The notes under the pieces: model-generated
Databases searched by the model: none
What the model was told of the DNA's origin: nothing
Seen by the model: the letters and a program-made list of their open reading frames with translations, nothing else
Translations under genes and position numbers: made by a program
In this document: one piece after another, positions 28,274 to 38,721 of the stretch
Layout of the letters: each line of letters opens with the position of its first letter
Position numbering within the stretch: position 1 is the stretch's first letter
Assembly (NCBI GenBank): GCA_011322445.1
Contig: DRMV01000043.1
Span: 73,948-137,947, forward strand
DNA length: 64,000 nucleotides
DNA from: Chloroflexota bacterium
Lineage (GTDB): Bacteria > Chloroflexota > Anaerolineae > Anaerolineales > DRMV01
Direction: 5' to 3'

Positions 28274-29689
28274 TCAGTCCGCCAGGTCAGAAACATCCTC
28301 CCCGGCCACGCCGCTGCCGACGTAATCCTCCAGCCGCGGCAGCACCACCACCGGCTTAATCGTGCGCGCCACCACTTCGCGCGTGCCACCGATTTTCAGC
28401 TGGTGGAACAGACGGTGGAACTGGGCATCCCAATCGGCGTAAACGGCTTCCTTTACCGCCTCGTCCAAAGCCCAAATCTGTTTCTTGAACGGCCCTAACG
28501 CCCGCTTGCGGGTCTTGTAATAAAACTGCTCGTCGGTCATATCGGGCTTGCGCTCATTCGCATGACGCTCCCGCAAATAGGCGTAAATTTCCTCTTTCAA
28601 ATCGGCAGGCATGTGTTTGTAGAGGATATTCATAAAATTGGTGGCGAGGTGAATTTCGCAGGCTTCGGCTTCAGGGAATTTGCTGAACGCGTCTTCCGGC
28701 AGCGTCGAAGCGCCGTGCTGCACCGCGCCCGCCAGCCCATAGACTTCCCGCGCCACACGGCTGAGGTGCTTCAAAGTGTTGAAATCGACTTTGACTTTGG
28801 CAATCGAGCCATCGGGCAACACCACCCCGCCATGCGACGTGCCGGTTTGGATGCTGATTTTGCTCAAGCCCGTCGCGCCGGGGGCCAGTTCGGCCAGATG
28901 GGCTTTGTAGCCATCCATGTACGCCCGCAGTTCCGGCTCGGTGGAATTATGACCGCCCACTTCGCCGATTTCCCCGCCCACCGAGACATCAATGCCTTCC
29001 GGCTGAATGCTGCGGATGTAAGCCGTAAGTTCAGCCGAGAGTTTGTAGTTGAGTTCCTGCTGCTCGGGGATGGTGGGGCGAGAAAGGTCCACAAGGGTCG
29101 AAGTGTCAACGTCGATGTTGTAGAACCCTGCTTTGATAGCCTCCAGGCTCAGGTCGCGCACCGCTTGAACTTCGGCGTCGGCGTTCTCGGCAAAGCGCTT
29201 GGGGGAAATCTGAAAATGGTCGCCCTGGATGAACACCGGCCCGCGAAAACCCTCGGCAATCGCCGCGGCAAGCACTTGCGCGACGTATTCCGTGGGACGC
29301 TGGTCGGAATAGCCAATCTCGGAGCGGGCAATCTCAAAGATGAAAGCGCCGGCGTCGATCGCCAACGCGTTCTTGAAGACCGCGCGAGCGGCCCAAAAAG
29401 GCAACACCCGCAAATTCATGGCGGGAACGGTAAAGGACGGCGCGACCTCGCCGCGGCCACGTGCCAGGTACAGGTCGTTGATCGAGGAAGGCACAATGCC
29501 CAAATCCAGCGCGGCACCACGGATGAGGAACTGCGCCAGCCCTTTTTCGGGCTGCTCCCCCAACGCCGCGGCTTCCACCAACGTGCGCAAATGGGTTTTC
29601 AGGCGGGCTTCGTCTTCCACGTGCACCACGCCGTCGCGCACCACGACGGCGTGGTCGATTTTCGTCAGTAAGGCTTCCAGGGCTTTCAT
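28274..29689 (-). CDS. class II (metal-dependent) aldolase family protein, FBA-like
   Basis: FTVPAMN, FIQGDHFQ, GGEIGEVGG, QTGTSHGG and VQHGASTLP motifs resemble class II fructose/tagatose-bisphosphate aldolases. Long N- and C-extensions, so substrate not assignable. Confidence 0.6.
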   Translation of the reverse strand: MKALEALLTKIDHAVVVRDGVVHVEDEARLKTHLRTLVEAAALGEQPEKGLAQFLIRGAALDLGIVPSSINDLYLARGRGEVAPSFTVPAMNLRVLPFWAARAVFKNALAIDAGAFIFEIARSEIGYSDQRPTEYVAQVLAAAIAEGFRGPVFIQGDHFQISPKRFAENADAEVQAVRDLSLEAIKAGFYNIDVDTSTLVDLSRPTIPEQQELNYKLSAELTAYIRSIQPEGIDVSVGGEIGEVGGHNSTEPELRAYMDGYKAHLAELAPGATGLSKISIQTGTSHGGVVLPDGSIAKVKVDFNTLKHLSRVAREVYGLAGAVQHGASTLPEDAFSKFPEAEACEIHLATNFMNILYKHMPADLKEEIYAYLRERHANERKPDMTDEQFYYKTRKRALGPFKKQIWALDEAVKEAVYADWDAQFHRLFHQLKIGGTREVVARTIKPVVVLPRLEDYVGSGVAGEDVSDLAD

Positions 29690-29719
29690 CAGGCATCCTC
29701 CTTGAATGTGAGTGCTTCA

Positions 29720-29728
29720 ATTATAGCA
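29720..29728 (-). promoter_or_regulatory. extended -10 promoter of the aldolase-like gene
   Basis: Minus strand TGCTATAAT, about 30 nt upstream of ATG 29689. AAGGAGG RBS in between. Confidence 0.5.
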
Positions 29729-29825
29729 CGCCGTGAAGGCCATGCCTGCGTCTTTGCTTCGCATCGCCTGCCAATTCTGGCTATACGAAACGCATGACCT
29801 CTCCTCCCTGCTTTGCTTCAGGCAG

Positions 29826-29834
29826 TGGTATACT
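29826..29834 (+). promoter_or_regulatory. extended -10 promoter of lepA (near-leaderless)
   Basis: TGGTATACT ends 10 nt before the lepA ATG (29845), and there is no SD in between. Confidence 0.45.
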
Positions 29835-29844
29835 TTCCCCCGCT

Positions 29845-31650
29845 ATGACCGAGCACATCCGCAATTTCTCCATTATCGCCCATATCGACCACGGCAAATC
29901 CACCCTGGCCGACCGCCTGCTCCAACTCACCGGCACCATTGCTGACCGTGAGATGACCGAGCAGGTGCTGGACGACATGGACCTGGAACGCGAAAAGGGC
30001 GTGACCATCAAGGCCTCCGCGGTGCGGATGCGCTACACCGCCGCCGACGGCCAGACCTACGAACTCAACCTCATCGACACGCCCGGCCATGTGGATTTTG
30101 GCTACGAGGTCAGCCGCGCCCTGGCGGCATGTGAAGGCGCGCTGCTGGTTGTGGATGCTTCCCAGGGGGTGGAAGCCCAAACTTTAGCCAACCTCTACCT
30201 GGCCCTGGAAAACGACCTGGAAGTCATCCCGGTAGTCAACAAAATCGACCTGCCCTCGGCGCGCCCCGACGAAGTGGCTCAGGAAATCGAAAACCTGCTC
30301 GGCACGCCCACCGACGAAGTGCTGCGGGTTTCTGCCAAGGAAGGCACCCACGTCGAACAAGTGCTGGAAGCCATCGTCCGCCAGGTGCCGCCGCCGAAAG
30401 GCGACGAAAACGCGCCCCTGCGTGCGCTGATTTTCGATTCCCACTACGATGCTTACAAAGGCGTGGTCATCTACGTCCGCTTGGTGGACGGCCGCCTGAG
30501 CGCCACCGATACGCTGCGGTTGATGGCCTCCGGCGCCACGTTCAAGCCTGTGGAAGTCGGCGTCTTTGCACCACACATGACGCCCACCGGCAGCCTGCGC
30601 GCCGGCGAAGTCGGCTACATCGCCACCGGCCTGAAAACCGTGCGGGAAGCCCGCGTCGGCGACACCGTCACCCATGCCCAGCGCCCCGCCGTCGAACCGC
30701 TGCCCGGCTACCAGCACCCCAAGCCGATGGTCTTCGCGGGCATCTACCCCGTGGAAGGCGAGGACTATCAGGACCTGCGCGACGCGCTGGAAAAACTGCA
30801 ACTCAACGACGCCGCCTTAGTCTTCGAGCCGGAAACCTCGCAGGCCCTCGGCTTTGGCTTCCGCTGCGGCTTCCTGGGCATGTTCCACATGGAAATCGTG
30901 CAAGAGCGGCTCGAGCGGGAATACGGCCTCGACATCGTGGTCACCGCCCCCTCGGTGGAATACGAAGTCGTGCTGCGCGACGGCCGCACGATCGTTATCG
31001 ACTCGCCAGCCGAATTGCCCGACGAAGCCCAAATCGAGGAAATCCGCGAGCCGTGGATGAAAATCCAGATCTTCACCCCCACCGAGTTCTACGGCCCGGT
31101 GATGGAGATGGTGACCAAACGCCGCGGCGTCTTCCTCGGCCAGGAATACCCCACCCCCGACCGGGTAGTGCTGAACTTCGAACTGCCGCTTTCCGAACTC
31201 ATCGTCGATTTCTTCGACCAGTTGAAATCGCGCACCCGCGGCTACGCCTCGCTGGACTACCAGTTTTTGGAATACCGCGCCGGCGATCTGGTGAAACTGA
31301 CCATTCTGGTCAACGGCGAGCCGGTAGACGCGTTAGCCACCATCGTTCACCGCGACGAAGCCTACACAAAAGGGCAGCGTCTGGTTTCCAAACTGAAAGA
31401 ACTCATCCCGCGGCAATTGTTCGCCGTGCCCGTGCAGGCCGTGGCCGGCGGGCGGGTGATTTCCCGCGCCAACATCAAGGCGCTGCGGAAAGACGTGCTC
31501 GCCAAGTGCTACGGCGGCGATGTGACCCGCAAACGCAAACTGCTGGAAAAGCAAAAGAAGGGCAAGAAGCGCATGAAAATGGTGGGGCAGGTGGAAATTC
31601 CGCAGGAAGCCTTTCTGGCCGTGCTGCGGGTGGGGGAGGACAACCGTTGA
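29845..31650 (+). CDS. lepA: elongation factor 4 (LepA)
   Basis: [35 protein letters not shown] and the LepA-specific C-terminal domain. Confidence 0.95.
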   Translation: MTEHIRNFSIIAHIDHGKSTLADRLLQLTGTIADREMTEQVLDDMDLEREKGVTIKASAVRMRYTAADGQTYELNLIDTPGHVDFGYEVSRALAACEGALLVVDASQGVEAQTLANLYLALENDLEVIPVVNKIDLPSARPDEVAQEIENLLGTPTDEVLRVSAKEGTHVEQVLEAIVRQVPPPKGDENAPLRALIFDSHYDAYKGVVIYVRLVDGRLSATDTLRLMASGATFKPVEVGVFAPHMTPTGSLRAGEVGYIATGLKTVREARVGDTVTHAQRPAVEPLPGYQHPKPMVFAGIYPVEGEDYQDLRDALEKLQLNDAALVFEPETSQALGFGFRCGFLGMFHMEIVQERLEREYGLDIVVTAPSVEYEVVLRDGRTIVIDSPAELPDEAQIEEIREPWMKIQIFTPTEFYGPVMEMVTKRRGVFLGQEYPTPDRVVLNFELPLSELIVDFFDQLKSRTRGYASLDYQFLEYRAGDLVKLTILVNGEPVDALATIVHRDEAYTKGQRLVSKLKELIPRQLFAVPVQAVAGGRVISRANIKALRKDVLAKCYGGDVTRKRKLLEKQKKGKKRMKMVGQVEIPQEAFLAVLRVGEDNR

Positions 31651-32666
31651 AGAAACCCCAACGATTGCCGTGGCGTCGGGCGCTGCCGGGATTCATCGTC
31701 AGCGCAGCGGTGCTGGTGGTGGTGTTCGCCATCAGCGACCCGCGAACGCTGTGGCAGGCCCTGCGAAGCGTGCCGCTATGGGTACTGGCGGCGGCCAGCG
31801 TACTCCTTGCCCTTTCCCTGGTGCTGCGGGCGATCTCGTGGCAAGTGCTGCTGGGGCACCGGGTCAAATGGGCCGACGCCTTCTGGGCCTTGAGCACAGG
31901 CTATCTCATCAACAACATCATCCCTTTCCGCGCGGGGGAAGCCGCACGCGCCTTCCTGGTTGCCCCTAAAGCACGCGTCTCCTTCTGGCATGCGCTTTCC
32001 ACCGTGATGGTCGAGCGGCTGTTCGATGTCGTGCTGCTGGCAAGCATGCTGGTCGGCTCGCTGCCCTGGGTGCTGGATGTCCCCTGGGCGCGGCAAGCCG
32101 CCTGGGGGTTCGGCGGCGCGGCGTTGGGCGTGTTGATCGCGTTGGCCATCATCGCACGCTATCGCGCCCGCCTGGCCCCCGCCCTGACTTCCTGGCAACA
32201 GCGCCACGCGCATTTCTCCTGGGGTAAACGGCTGCTCCACTGGGCGCTCTCCTTCCTCGACGGGCTGGAAGCACTGGCGTCCCCCACCTCGCTCACCGCA
32301 GTGACCTTCCTGCTGGCAGCCTCTTGGGGCGTGCAAGTCGCCGCTTACGGCCTCACCTTGCGGGCGCTGGTGCCCCAGGCTTCCTACCTGTGGGCTGCTT
32401 TTGCCCTGGGCAGCGTGGGCATGGGCGTCGCCGTGCCTTCTGCGCCGGGTGGCCTGGGGGTGGTGGAAGGCGTGATGGTCTTCGTGCTCGGCGTGTTGGG
32501 CGTAGGCCCTTCCGTCGCACTTGCCTATGCCCTGGCCATGCACGGGATTTACTACGTCGTGACCGGTGTACTGGGATGGGGCGGGGCAATGGTCTATGGT
32601 GTTTCGCTGCGCGGTGCCTTTGGGCAAGCCCAAAACTGGGAAAAACACCATGAGGCCCCAGAATAA
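31647..32666 (+). CDS. flippase-like / lysylphosphatidylglycerol-synthase TM-region (UPF0104) membrane protein
   Basis: Multi-[13 protein letters not shown]..., [20 protein letters not shown] motif. Start taken as TTG 31647 overlapping the lepA stop (TTGA); this start is uncertain. Confidence 0.65.
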   Translation: MKKPQRLPWRRALPGFIVSAAVLVVVFAISDPRTLWQALRSVPLWVLAAASVLLALSLVLRAISWQVLLGHRVKWADAFWALSTGYLINNIIPFRAGEAARAFLVAPKARVSFWHALSTVMVERLFDVVLLASMLVGSLPWVLDVPWARQAAWGFGGAALGVLIALAIIARYRARLAPALTSWQQRHAHFSWGKRLLHWALSFLDGLEALASPTSLTAVTFLLAASWGVQVAAYGLTLRALVPQASYLWAAFALGSVGMGVAVPSAPGGLGVVEGVMVFVLGVLGVGPSVALAYALAMHGIYYVVTGVLGWGGAMVYGVSLRGAFGQAQNWEKHHEAPE

Positions 32667-32964
32667 GAGGCACTGGACCATCACTGTCATCGCCACGTTG
32701 TCGTGGTTGAGCCAACCCACATAGATCGAGAAATCTTATCCCTGCTCTTGGACCCAACGCTTGATCGCTTTCTCTAAAACCCTGGGAAGCAACCTGACCA
32801 GCATGAGCGAGTCAATTTTCCCCATCCTTTTATAAGAAACAGGTTTCGAGAGGTCCAGGATGCTCCCTGCAATGCTGCTGCTCTAATATTCGGCCTGCAT
32901 GGCATTTGTGCAAGACAAACGCGTTTTTCCACACACCGCCCACCCTTGATTTGAAGGAGGAAGC

Positions 32965-33996
32965 GTGTCCCTGCACTACCTCATCACCGGCGGGGCCGGT
33001 TTCATCGGCTCCAACTATGCCGCCCGCCTGCTGGCCCGCGGCGAACAAGTGACCCTTTACGACAACCTCTCACGGGGCGGTGCAACCCGCAACCTCGCCT
33101 GGCTGCGCGAGCAGTTCGGCCCCACAGCCTTCCGGCTGGTGGAAGGCGACGTGCGCGACGCTGCGCTGCTCACCGCCACCGTGCGGGAAGCCGACGTCAT
33201 CGTCCACCTCGCCGCCCAGGTTGCTGTGACCACTTCGGTGGCCCACCCCCGACTGGATTTCGAAATCAACGCCCTGGGCACTTTCAACGTCATGGAAGCC
33301 GCCCGCCTCTCGCCGCGCCGCCCCTTCGTGCTTTACGCTTCCACCAACAAAGTGTACGGCGGCATGGAAGACGTGGCCGTGGTAGAGGAAGCCACCCGCT
33401 ACCGCTACGCCACCCTGCCCCACGGCGTGCCCGAAACCCAGCCGCTCGATTTCCACTCGCCTTACGGCTGCTCCAAAGGTACCGGCGACCAGTATGTGCG
33501 CGACTACGCCCGCATCTACGGCATCCCTACGGTGGTTTTCCGCCAGAGTTGCATCTACGGCACCCGCCAGTGGGGCGTGGAAGACCAGGGCTGGGTGGCG
33601 TGGTTCGTGATCGCCGCGGTAACCGGCCGCCCCATCACTATTTACGGCGATGGCAAGCAAGTGCGCGATGTGCTTTTCGTGGACGACCTGCTGGATGCCT
33701 ACGACGCCGCCATTGCCCGGCGTGAAGCCGTAGCCGGCGAAGTCTTCAACATCGGCGGCGGCCCCACCCACACGATCGCCATCTGGCGGGAGTTCGGCCC
33801 ACTGCTGGAACGCCTGCTGGGCCGCCCTATCCCCGTCACCTACGGCGACTGGCGGCCTGGTGACCAGAAAGTGTATGTTTCCGACATCCGCAAAGCCCAA
33901 CAACGGCTGGGCTGGCAGCCCCAAATCGGTGTAGAAGAGGGTGTGCGACGCCTGGTGGCGTGGGTCCAGGCACAGCCCACCGTTTTTGCCGCCTGA
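32965..33996 (+). CDS. NAD-dependent sugar epimerase/dehydratase (extended SDR)
   Basis: GTG start with AAGGAGG RBS. ITGGAGFIGSN, YxxxK (YGCSKGTGDQY). Confidence 0.85.
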   Translation: MSLHYLITGGAGFIGSNYAARLLARGEQVTLYDNLSRGGATRNLAWLREQFGPTAFRLVEGDVRDAALLTATVREADVIVHLAAQVAVTTSVAHPRLDFEINALGTFNVMEAARLSPRRPFVLYASTNKVYGGMEDVAVVEEATRYRYATLPHGVPETQPLDFHSPYGCSKGTGDQYVRDYARIYGIPTVVFRQSCIYGTRQWGVEDQGWVAWFVIAAVTGRPITIYGDGKQVRDVLFVDDLLDAYDAAIARREAVAGEVFNIGGGPTHTIAIWREFGPLLERLLGRPIPVTYGDWRPGDQKVYVSDIRKAQQRLGWQPQIGVEEGVRRLVAWVQAQPTVFAA

Positions 33997-34004
33997 GGTA
34001 GCCT

Positions 34005-35183
34005 ATGAAAATTCTCATCATGCTCACCTACTACCGTCCGCACACCAGCGGGCTGACCATCTACGCCGAGCGGATGGCAAAAGCCTTAGCCGCCCGCGGC
34101 CATCGGGTCACCGTGCTCACTTCGCAATACGAGCGCAGCCTGCCCCGCCGCGAAACCGCCGACGGCGTGCAGGTGGTGCGGGTGCCGGTACTCTTTCGCA
34201 TCAGCAAGGGCGTCATCATGCCCACCGTAGGGCTGGAAGCCACCCGCCACGTGCTTGCCAACGATGTGGTTTCCCTACACCTGCCCCAGTTCGATGCCGC
34301 AGGCGTGGCGCTGCGCGGTCGGCTGTTCCGCCGCCCCACGGTCATCACCTACCACTGCGATGTCAAACTGCCGCCCGGCCTGTTCAACCGCGCCGCCAAC
34401 GTGGCCGTGCACCTCATGGATCACCTCGCCGCGCATTTCACCCACCGCATCGTCACCTACACGCAAGACTATGCAGATCATTCCCCCTACCTGCGGCGCT
34501 ACCGCCACAAACTGACCACCATCCTGCCCCCCGTCACGCTGCCGCCGACCACGCCAGAGGCCATCGAAGCCTTTGCCCGCCAGCACAACCCCGAAGGCCG
34601 CCGCCCGGTCATCGGCATGGCCGCCCGCCTGGCTGCTGAGAAAGGGGTGGAATACCTCGTCGCAGCGATGGAGCGCGTGCTGGCAGTGTACCCCGACGCC
34701 TTGGTGCTCTACGCCGGGCCTTACGAAAACGTCTTGGGCGAAGAAGCCTACCGCCGGCGGGTCATGCCCGCCATCCGCAAACTGCAGGAAGGCGGCCACT
34801 GGCGCTTCGTGGGGCTGCTCTCGCCGCAGGAAATGGCCGCCTATTACCCCAACCTGGATGTGCTGGTGCTGCCCAGCCTGAACGCGACCGAAAGTTTCGG
34901 GCTGGTGCAAATCGAAGCCATGATGAACGGCGTGCCGGTGGTGGCTTCCAACCTGCCGGGGGTGCGCCAGCCAGTGAAAATGACCGGCATGGGCGAAATT
35001 GCCGAAGTCGGCAATGCTGCCAGCCTGGCCGAAGGCTTGCTGAAGGTGCTGGGCAACCCCGATGCCTATCGCGGCAACCCTGAAGAAGTGCGGCGCAAGT
35101 TTGCGCCGGAAGCCAACGCCGCGGCCTACGAAGCCCTCTTTCAACAACTGCTGGCCGAACTGGGCAGCAGCAAACCCGCTTGA
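34005..35183 (+). CDS. GT4-family glycosyltransferase
   Basis: N-terminal GG-type sugar-acceptor domain and C-terminal E..G....[12 protein letters not shown] motif. Confidence 0.85.
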   Translation: MKILIMLTYYRPHTSGLTIYAERMAKALAARGHRVTVLTSQYERSLPRRETADGVQVVRVPVLFRISKGVIMPTVGLEATRHVLANDVVSLHLPQFDAAGVALRGRLFRRPTVITYHCDVKLPPGLFNRAANVAVHLMDHLAAHFTHRIVTYTQDYADHSPYLRRYRHKLTTILPPVTLPPTTPEAIEAFARQHNPEGRRPVIGMAARLAAEKGVEYLVAAMERVLAVYPDALVLYAGPYENVLGEEAYRRRVMPAIRKLQEGGHWRFVGLLSPQEMAAYYPNLDVLVLPSLNATESFGLVQIEAMMNGVPVVASNLPGVRQPVKMTGMGEIAEVGNAASLAEGLLKVLGNPDAYRGNPEEVRRKFAPEANAAAYEALFQQLLAELGSSKPA

Positions 35184-35208
35184 CGGCGCGGGGCTCTTAT
35201 GCTAAAGT
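35180..35208 (+). promoter_or_regulatory. sigma70-type promoter of the cold-shock gene
   Basis: TTGACG (35180-35185, overlapping the GT4 stop), 17 nt, TGCTAAAGT (-10 at 35203-35208). Predicts a 5' UTR of about 76 nt. Confidence 0.6.
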
Positions 35209-35290
35209 AACCTTGCAAGGCGGTAGTTTGGCGTGGCCGTGCCAGGCCCACCAGCGCCTGCCGAGCAATTTTCTTTCTGGAGGTGCTGCG

Positions 35291-35503
35291 GTGGCAGAGC
35301 GCCAAACCGGCACGGTCAAGTGGTTTAACGCCACAAAAGGCTACGGCTTCATTACCCCCGACGAAGGTCGCGACGTGTTCGTGCACTACAGCGGCATTCG
35401 GGGCGAAGGCTATCGTTCCCTGGAAGAAGGGCAGCGGGTGGAATTCGAAGTCGTAGATACCCCCAAGGGCCCTCAGGCCCAAGATGTGGTTGTCCTTGGC
35501 TGA
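35291..35503 (+). CDS. cspA: cold-shock protein (CspA family)
   Basis: GTG start after [20 protein letters not shown] (RNP1) and VFVHYS (RNP2). Confidence 0.9.
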   Translation: MAERQTGTVKWFNATKGYGFITPDEGRDVFVHYSGIRGEGYRSLEEGQRVEFEVVDTPKGPQAQDVVVLG

Positions 35504-35523
35504 TTGAACCATCTTGACCAACG

Positions 35524-35558
35524 CGAGCCGAGCCTTCCCGGCCCGGCTCGTCGTGTTT
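35524..35558 (+). terminator. rho-independent terminator of csp
   Basis: 11-bp stem CGAGCCGAGCC/GGCCCGGCTCG (1 mismatch) with a 5-nt loop, followed by TCGTGTTT. Confidence 0.6.
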
Positions 35559-35589
35559 AAGTCACTTTTACGGCATTCACAGCCCCCAA

Positions 35590-36159
35590 CTACGGCGCTT
35601 CTTCCTCCGAAGGAGCGTAAAACACCAGTAACGTGCTGCCATATTTCCGCTGGTCGAAGGGTTCCAAATGCTCCAGCGCCACGTCGCGATATTCGGTCGG
35701 GTGAATCTGCACAATAACCCAACCGTCTTCGGCCAGCCAGTCGGGGTGAGCGTCAATCAGCCGCAAGGCTTTCTCCCACAAGCCGTGATATTGGGGCGGT
35801 GCGATGTAGATATAGTCGAAAGCCCGGTCGGCAGGCTGCTGGAGGAGTGCAAAAGCATCCATAAAACGCACCTCCGCCCGATCGTCATCCAGCCCGCAAT
35901 GCCGCAGGTTCTTCTTCACTGTTGCCAGAGCCGGACGGCTCCATTCCACAAAGCGGACAAACGCCGCACCCCGGCTCAACGCCTCAATCCCCACGCCCCC
36001 TGTGCCGGCAAACAAATCCAACAGGCTGGCCCCCACAATATCAGGCCCCAGAATGTTGAACAAAGCCTCTTTGACGCGGTCGGTAATCGGGCGGGTGCCC
36101 GTTCCCGGCACGCTGTAAAGCTTGCGGCCTTTCGCCAGGCCGGAAATCACTCGCGGCAT
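35590..36159 (-). CDS. rsmD: 16S rRNA (guanine966-N2)-methyltransferase
   Basis: RVISG..KGRKL, LDLFAGTGGVGIEALSRGA, DPPY-like IYIAPPQY. Confidence 0.85.
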   Translation of the reverse strand: MPRVISGLAKGRKLYSVPGTGTRPITDRVKEALFNILGPDIVGASLLDLFAGTGGVGIEALSRGAAFVRFVEWSRPALATVKKNLRHCGLDDDRAEVRFMDAFALLQQPADRAFDYIYIAPPQYHGLWEKALRLIDAHPDWLAEDGWVIVQIHPTEYRDVALEHLEPFDQRKYGSTLLVFYAPSEEEAP

Positions 36160-36179
36160 CGTCTTCTCCCAAAGGGAAG

Positions 36180-37358
36180 TCAGGCTTCCCGCATGGCCTC
36201 GGTCAACAAAGCCTCTTCATCGGCGCGTTGCCTGGCATAAGAAGCCATAAAATCGGAACGGCGGAAACGCAACGCCAGCGGGGCCACTTTCCGCAAATCG
36301 TCAGGTGTCACTTCGGTGCGCCCATCCGCCGCCGCATGGGCTCGGGCGGCTTCAAAAAGGGCCACTTCAGCCCGCAGCGAGGGAATGCCCAGGCGAGCAA
36401 CCCACTGCAAGCCCAAGGCAGCCACCTCATCGGCAATTTCCACTTCAGGCAACCGCTGGCGGGCTTCCTGAATTTCAGCCCGCAGCGCCTCGGTCTCTTC
36501 GGCATAGCGGGCAAGGAACTGCCGCGGGTGCTCCCGATAGGCGCGCGCCCGCCGGTAGGCCTCCAGCCGCTCAGCGGGGTCGGTCAATCCCTGCACCCAC
36601 AGCCGCAATCCAAAGCGGTCGAGAATTTGCGGGCGCAGCGCCCCCTCTTCGGGGTTCATCGAAGCAATGAGCACAAAGCGCGCCCGATAAGTAGCCGCCA
36701 ACGCCCCCCGCCGCACAGTGTAGTGCCCCTGTGCGGCGGCGTCTAAAATGGCATCGGCCACGGCGTCTTCCAGCAGGTTCACCTCGTCCACATACAGCAG
36801 ATTGCGGTCGGCCAAAGCGAGAATGCCTTTGCGAATGCGGTGAGGGTTCCGGGCATCGAAGCGGCCGAGGACATCATCCAAAGGAGCATGCAGGGGCAAT
36901 TCCACCAGCCGCACGCGGTCCATCACGGCCAGCGGTTTGCCTTCAGCATATTTACGGGCGCAATCGGGACAAACGGCATCAATGCCGCCCTGCTCAATAT
37001 CTTCGGGAAGACAGCCATAGAAACACAGGCTGCGGGGCACTTTCGGCAGCAAATCGGCAAGAGCACGCGCTGCGGTCGTCTTCGCCGTGCCGCGCGCGCC
37101 AAAGAGCAGCGCCCCACCCACCGCCGGGTTGATGACGGCCAGCAACAGTCCCAGTTTCATCTCCTGCTGGCCCACGATAGCAGCAAAAGGGAAAGCCAGC
37201 GGCTCGGCAAACCCGGCGTCTTCTTCGGGCAACGGCTCACGCGGGCGGCCAGCCGCCCGGGCGGCCAGTTCCTTCAGCGAGTGAATGCCACCCGGAAGCC
37301 GTACCGGCTCACCGCCGGCGTCGTCGGGCGCAGGATACTGAGAGGCGTCAGAAGTCAT
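36180..37358 (-). CDS. AAA+ ATPase of the Mg-chelatase subunit I (ChlI/BchI-like) family
   Basis: FPFAAIVGQQEMKLGLLL, Walker A GARGTAKT, Walker B LLYVDEVNLL, MNPEEG..RPQILDRF. No ChlD/vWA partner gene is adjacent. Confidence 0.7.
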   Translation of the reverse strand: MTSDASQYPAPDDAGGEPVRLPGGIHSLKELAARAAGRPREPLPEEDAGFAEPLAFPFAAIVGQQEMKLGLLLAVINPAVGGALLFGARGTAKTTAARALADLLPKVPRSLCFYGCLPEDIEQGGIDAVCPDCARKYAEGKPLAVMDRVRLVELPLHAPLDDVLGRFDARNPHRIRKGILALADRNLLYVDEVNLLEDAVADAILDAAAQGHYTVRRGALAATYRARFVLIASMNPEEGALRPQILDRFGLRLWVQGLTDPAERLEAYRRARAYREHPRQFLARYAEETEALRAEIQEARQRLPEVEIADEVAALGLQWVARLGIPSLRAEVALFEAARAHAAADGRTEVTPDDLRKVAPLALRFRRSDFMASYARQRADEEALLTEAMREA

Positions 37359-37387
37359 GGCGAAAAAGAGGGCTGGGGAAGCCCCCC

Positions 37388-37879
37388 TTACTCGGCTTCC
37401 ATCTGAGCGCGCTGCTGTAACCGGAAAGCCTGCCGGGCTTCGGCCTGTTCCATCCGGCGGCGGTCGGCCTCCGTTTCCGGAATCAGTCGCGGCACTGGCG
37501 CCGGTTGGCCCTCCTCATCCAGCGCCACATAGACCAAATAGGCCGTGTTGGTGTGCGTTTGCTCGCCGGTGATGGGGTTTTCTGCAACCACCCGCACTTC
37601 GGCTTCCATTGAAGTGCGCCCGGCATAAGAAACCTCCGCCGTCAGCGTCACCAGGTTGCCCACGTGAATTGGCTGGCGGAACATCATCTGATCGACGGCC
37701 ACCGTGACCACCCGACGGTTGGCAAAACGCATACAGGCCAACGCCCCGGCCTCGTCCACCAGTTTCATGATCCAACCCCCATGCACCGAACCGGCGCTGT
37801 TGGCATGCTGAGGCTGCATCAACTGAGAAATCGTAATTCGCGAAGCACTCACGGGCTTGGCATCTGGGCGTTTCATCAT
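37388..37879 (-). CDS. acyl-CoA thioesterase (hotdog fold, YciA/Acot type)
   Basis: MQPQHANSAGSVHGGWIMKLVDEAGA motif. Confidence 0.8.
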   Translation of the reverse strand: MMKRPDAKPVSASRITISQLMQPQHANSAGSVHGGWIMKLVDEAGALACMRFANRRVVTVAVDQMMFRQPIHVGNLVTLTAEVSYAGRTSMEAEVRVVAENPITGEQTHTNTAYLVYVALDEEGQPAPVPRLIPETEADRRRMEQAEARQAFRLQQRAQMEAE

Positions 37880-38247
37880 CCACCTTCCTTGTAGGGGGGC
37901 AACAGCTGTGGCTGGGAAGCCAAAACATCCACCGTCCCTGCGGGGAGCTTGGGCGGCGGTGGCGGTAGGGGCACCGTCCAGGTCGTTTTAGGGGCGAAGG
38001 CAGGCGGCGTTGGCGGCTCGACCGGCGGGTGCAAATGCGCCGTCGCGACATGGCGCAAAATGCGGGCAAAACGGGGGTCGGGGTCTAAAAAACCGGCATA
38101 CTTGCCTTCGACCGAATAAACCGCGCCATCAGGCGTTACGAAACCAATCCACTCTCCTTTAGTGTTGAAGAGGTAAGGGTAACCAAGGAAACCGGCCACC
38201 GTGCGTACCGAAGTGTAAATCGGAATCCAGCGAACACTTTCCTGCAT
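37876..38247 (-). CDS. hypothetical protein (beta-rich N-domain + Pro-rich tail)
   Basis: 123-aa ORF, 4-bp overlap with the downstream gene. No confident family assignment. Confidence 0.45.
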   Translation of the reverse strand: MQESVRWIPIYTSVRTVAGFLGYPYLFNTKGEWIGFVTPDGAVYSVEGKYAGFLDPDPRFARILRHVATAHLHPPVEPPTPPAFAPKTTWTVPLPPPPPKLPAGTVDVLASQPQLLPPYKEGG

Positions 38248-38259
38248 CGCGCACCTCGC

Positions 38260-38721
38260 TTAAGCGCCCAAGGCGACGTCGTTGTAAGTCCACATGCGGT
38301 TAGCAAAGAAATTCCACACCATCACGGTAAGAATCACCACAGCGAGGGAAAGGTTGTTGCCCCAAAACGTGGGCGTCAAAGGCAGCGGCGGCACGAAATG
38401 CGCCATCAAAGCCACCAGCGGCGCGTGAATGAGCGAAAACAACAGGGTGCGAATGCCCAGCCCTACCGCGCTCACCGTGCCAAACTGCACCCACTGATGC
38501 ACCGCACGCTTGCTGCGCGATTCGGGGAAGGTCCAATGGCGATGCCAGAGGAAATTGTGGGTCATCGCGGTCATGAAAGAAAACACACTACTCAACAGCG
38601 GCGGCAGCCCCACCCACTGCGTGAGAAGATTGAACACGGCGAAATCCACCGCCGCGCCCATAGAACCCACGAGGGCAAACTTGAGAAAACGTTGACGCTC
38701 TTTGCGATGCTGCAAAATCAT
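38260..38721 (-). CDS. GtrA-family membrane protein
   Basis: [22 protein letters not shown] and 4 TM helices. 4-bp overlap with the upstream UXS gene. Confidence 0.75.
   Translation of the reverse strand: MILQHRKERQRFLKFALVGSMGAAVDFAVFNLLTQWVGLPPLLSSVFSFMTAMTHNFLWHRHWTFPESRSKRAVHQWVQFGTVSAVGLGIRTLLFSLIHAPLVALMAHFVPPLPLTPTFWGNNLSLAVVILTVMVWNFFANRMWTYNDVALGA

Noticed and set aside
29778-29796. Sigma-54 promoter reading of TGGCTATACGAAACGCA
   Set aside because: The GG-to-GC spacing is 11 nt rather than 10. The second copy of the motif (59718-59735) lacks the GC element altogether.
31053-31646. N-terminal ~200 codons of the 537-aa ORF 31053-32666
   Set aside because: This part overlaps the lepA coding region out of frame and is R/P/G-rich. 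Only the hydrophobic part from about 31647 (TTG overlapping the lepA stop) looks like a real membrane protein.
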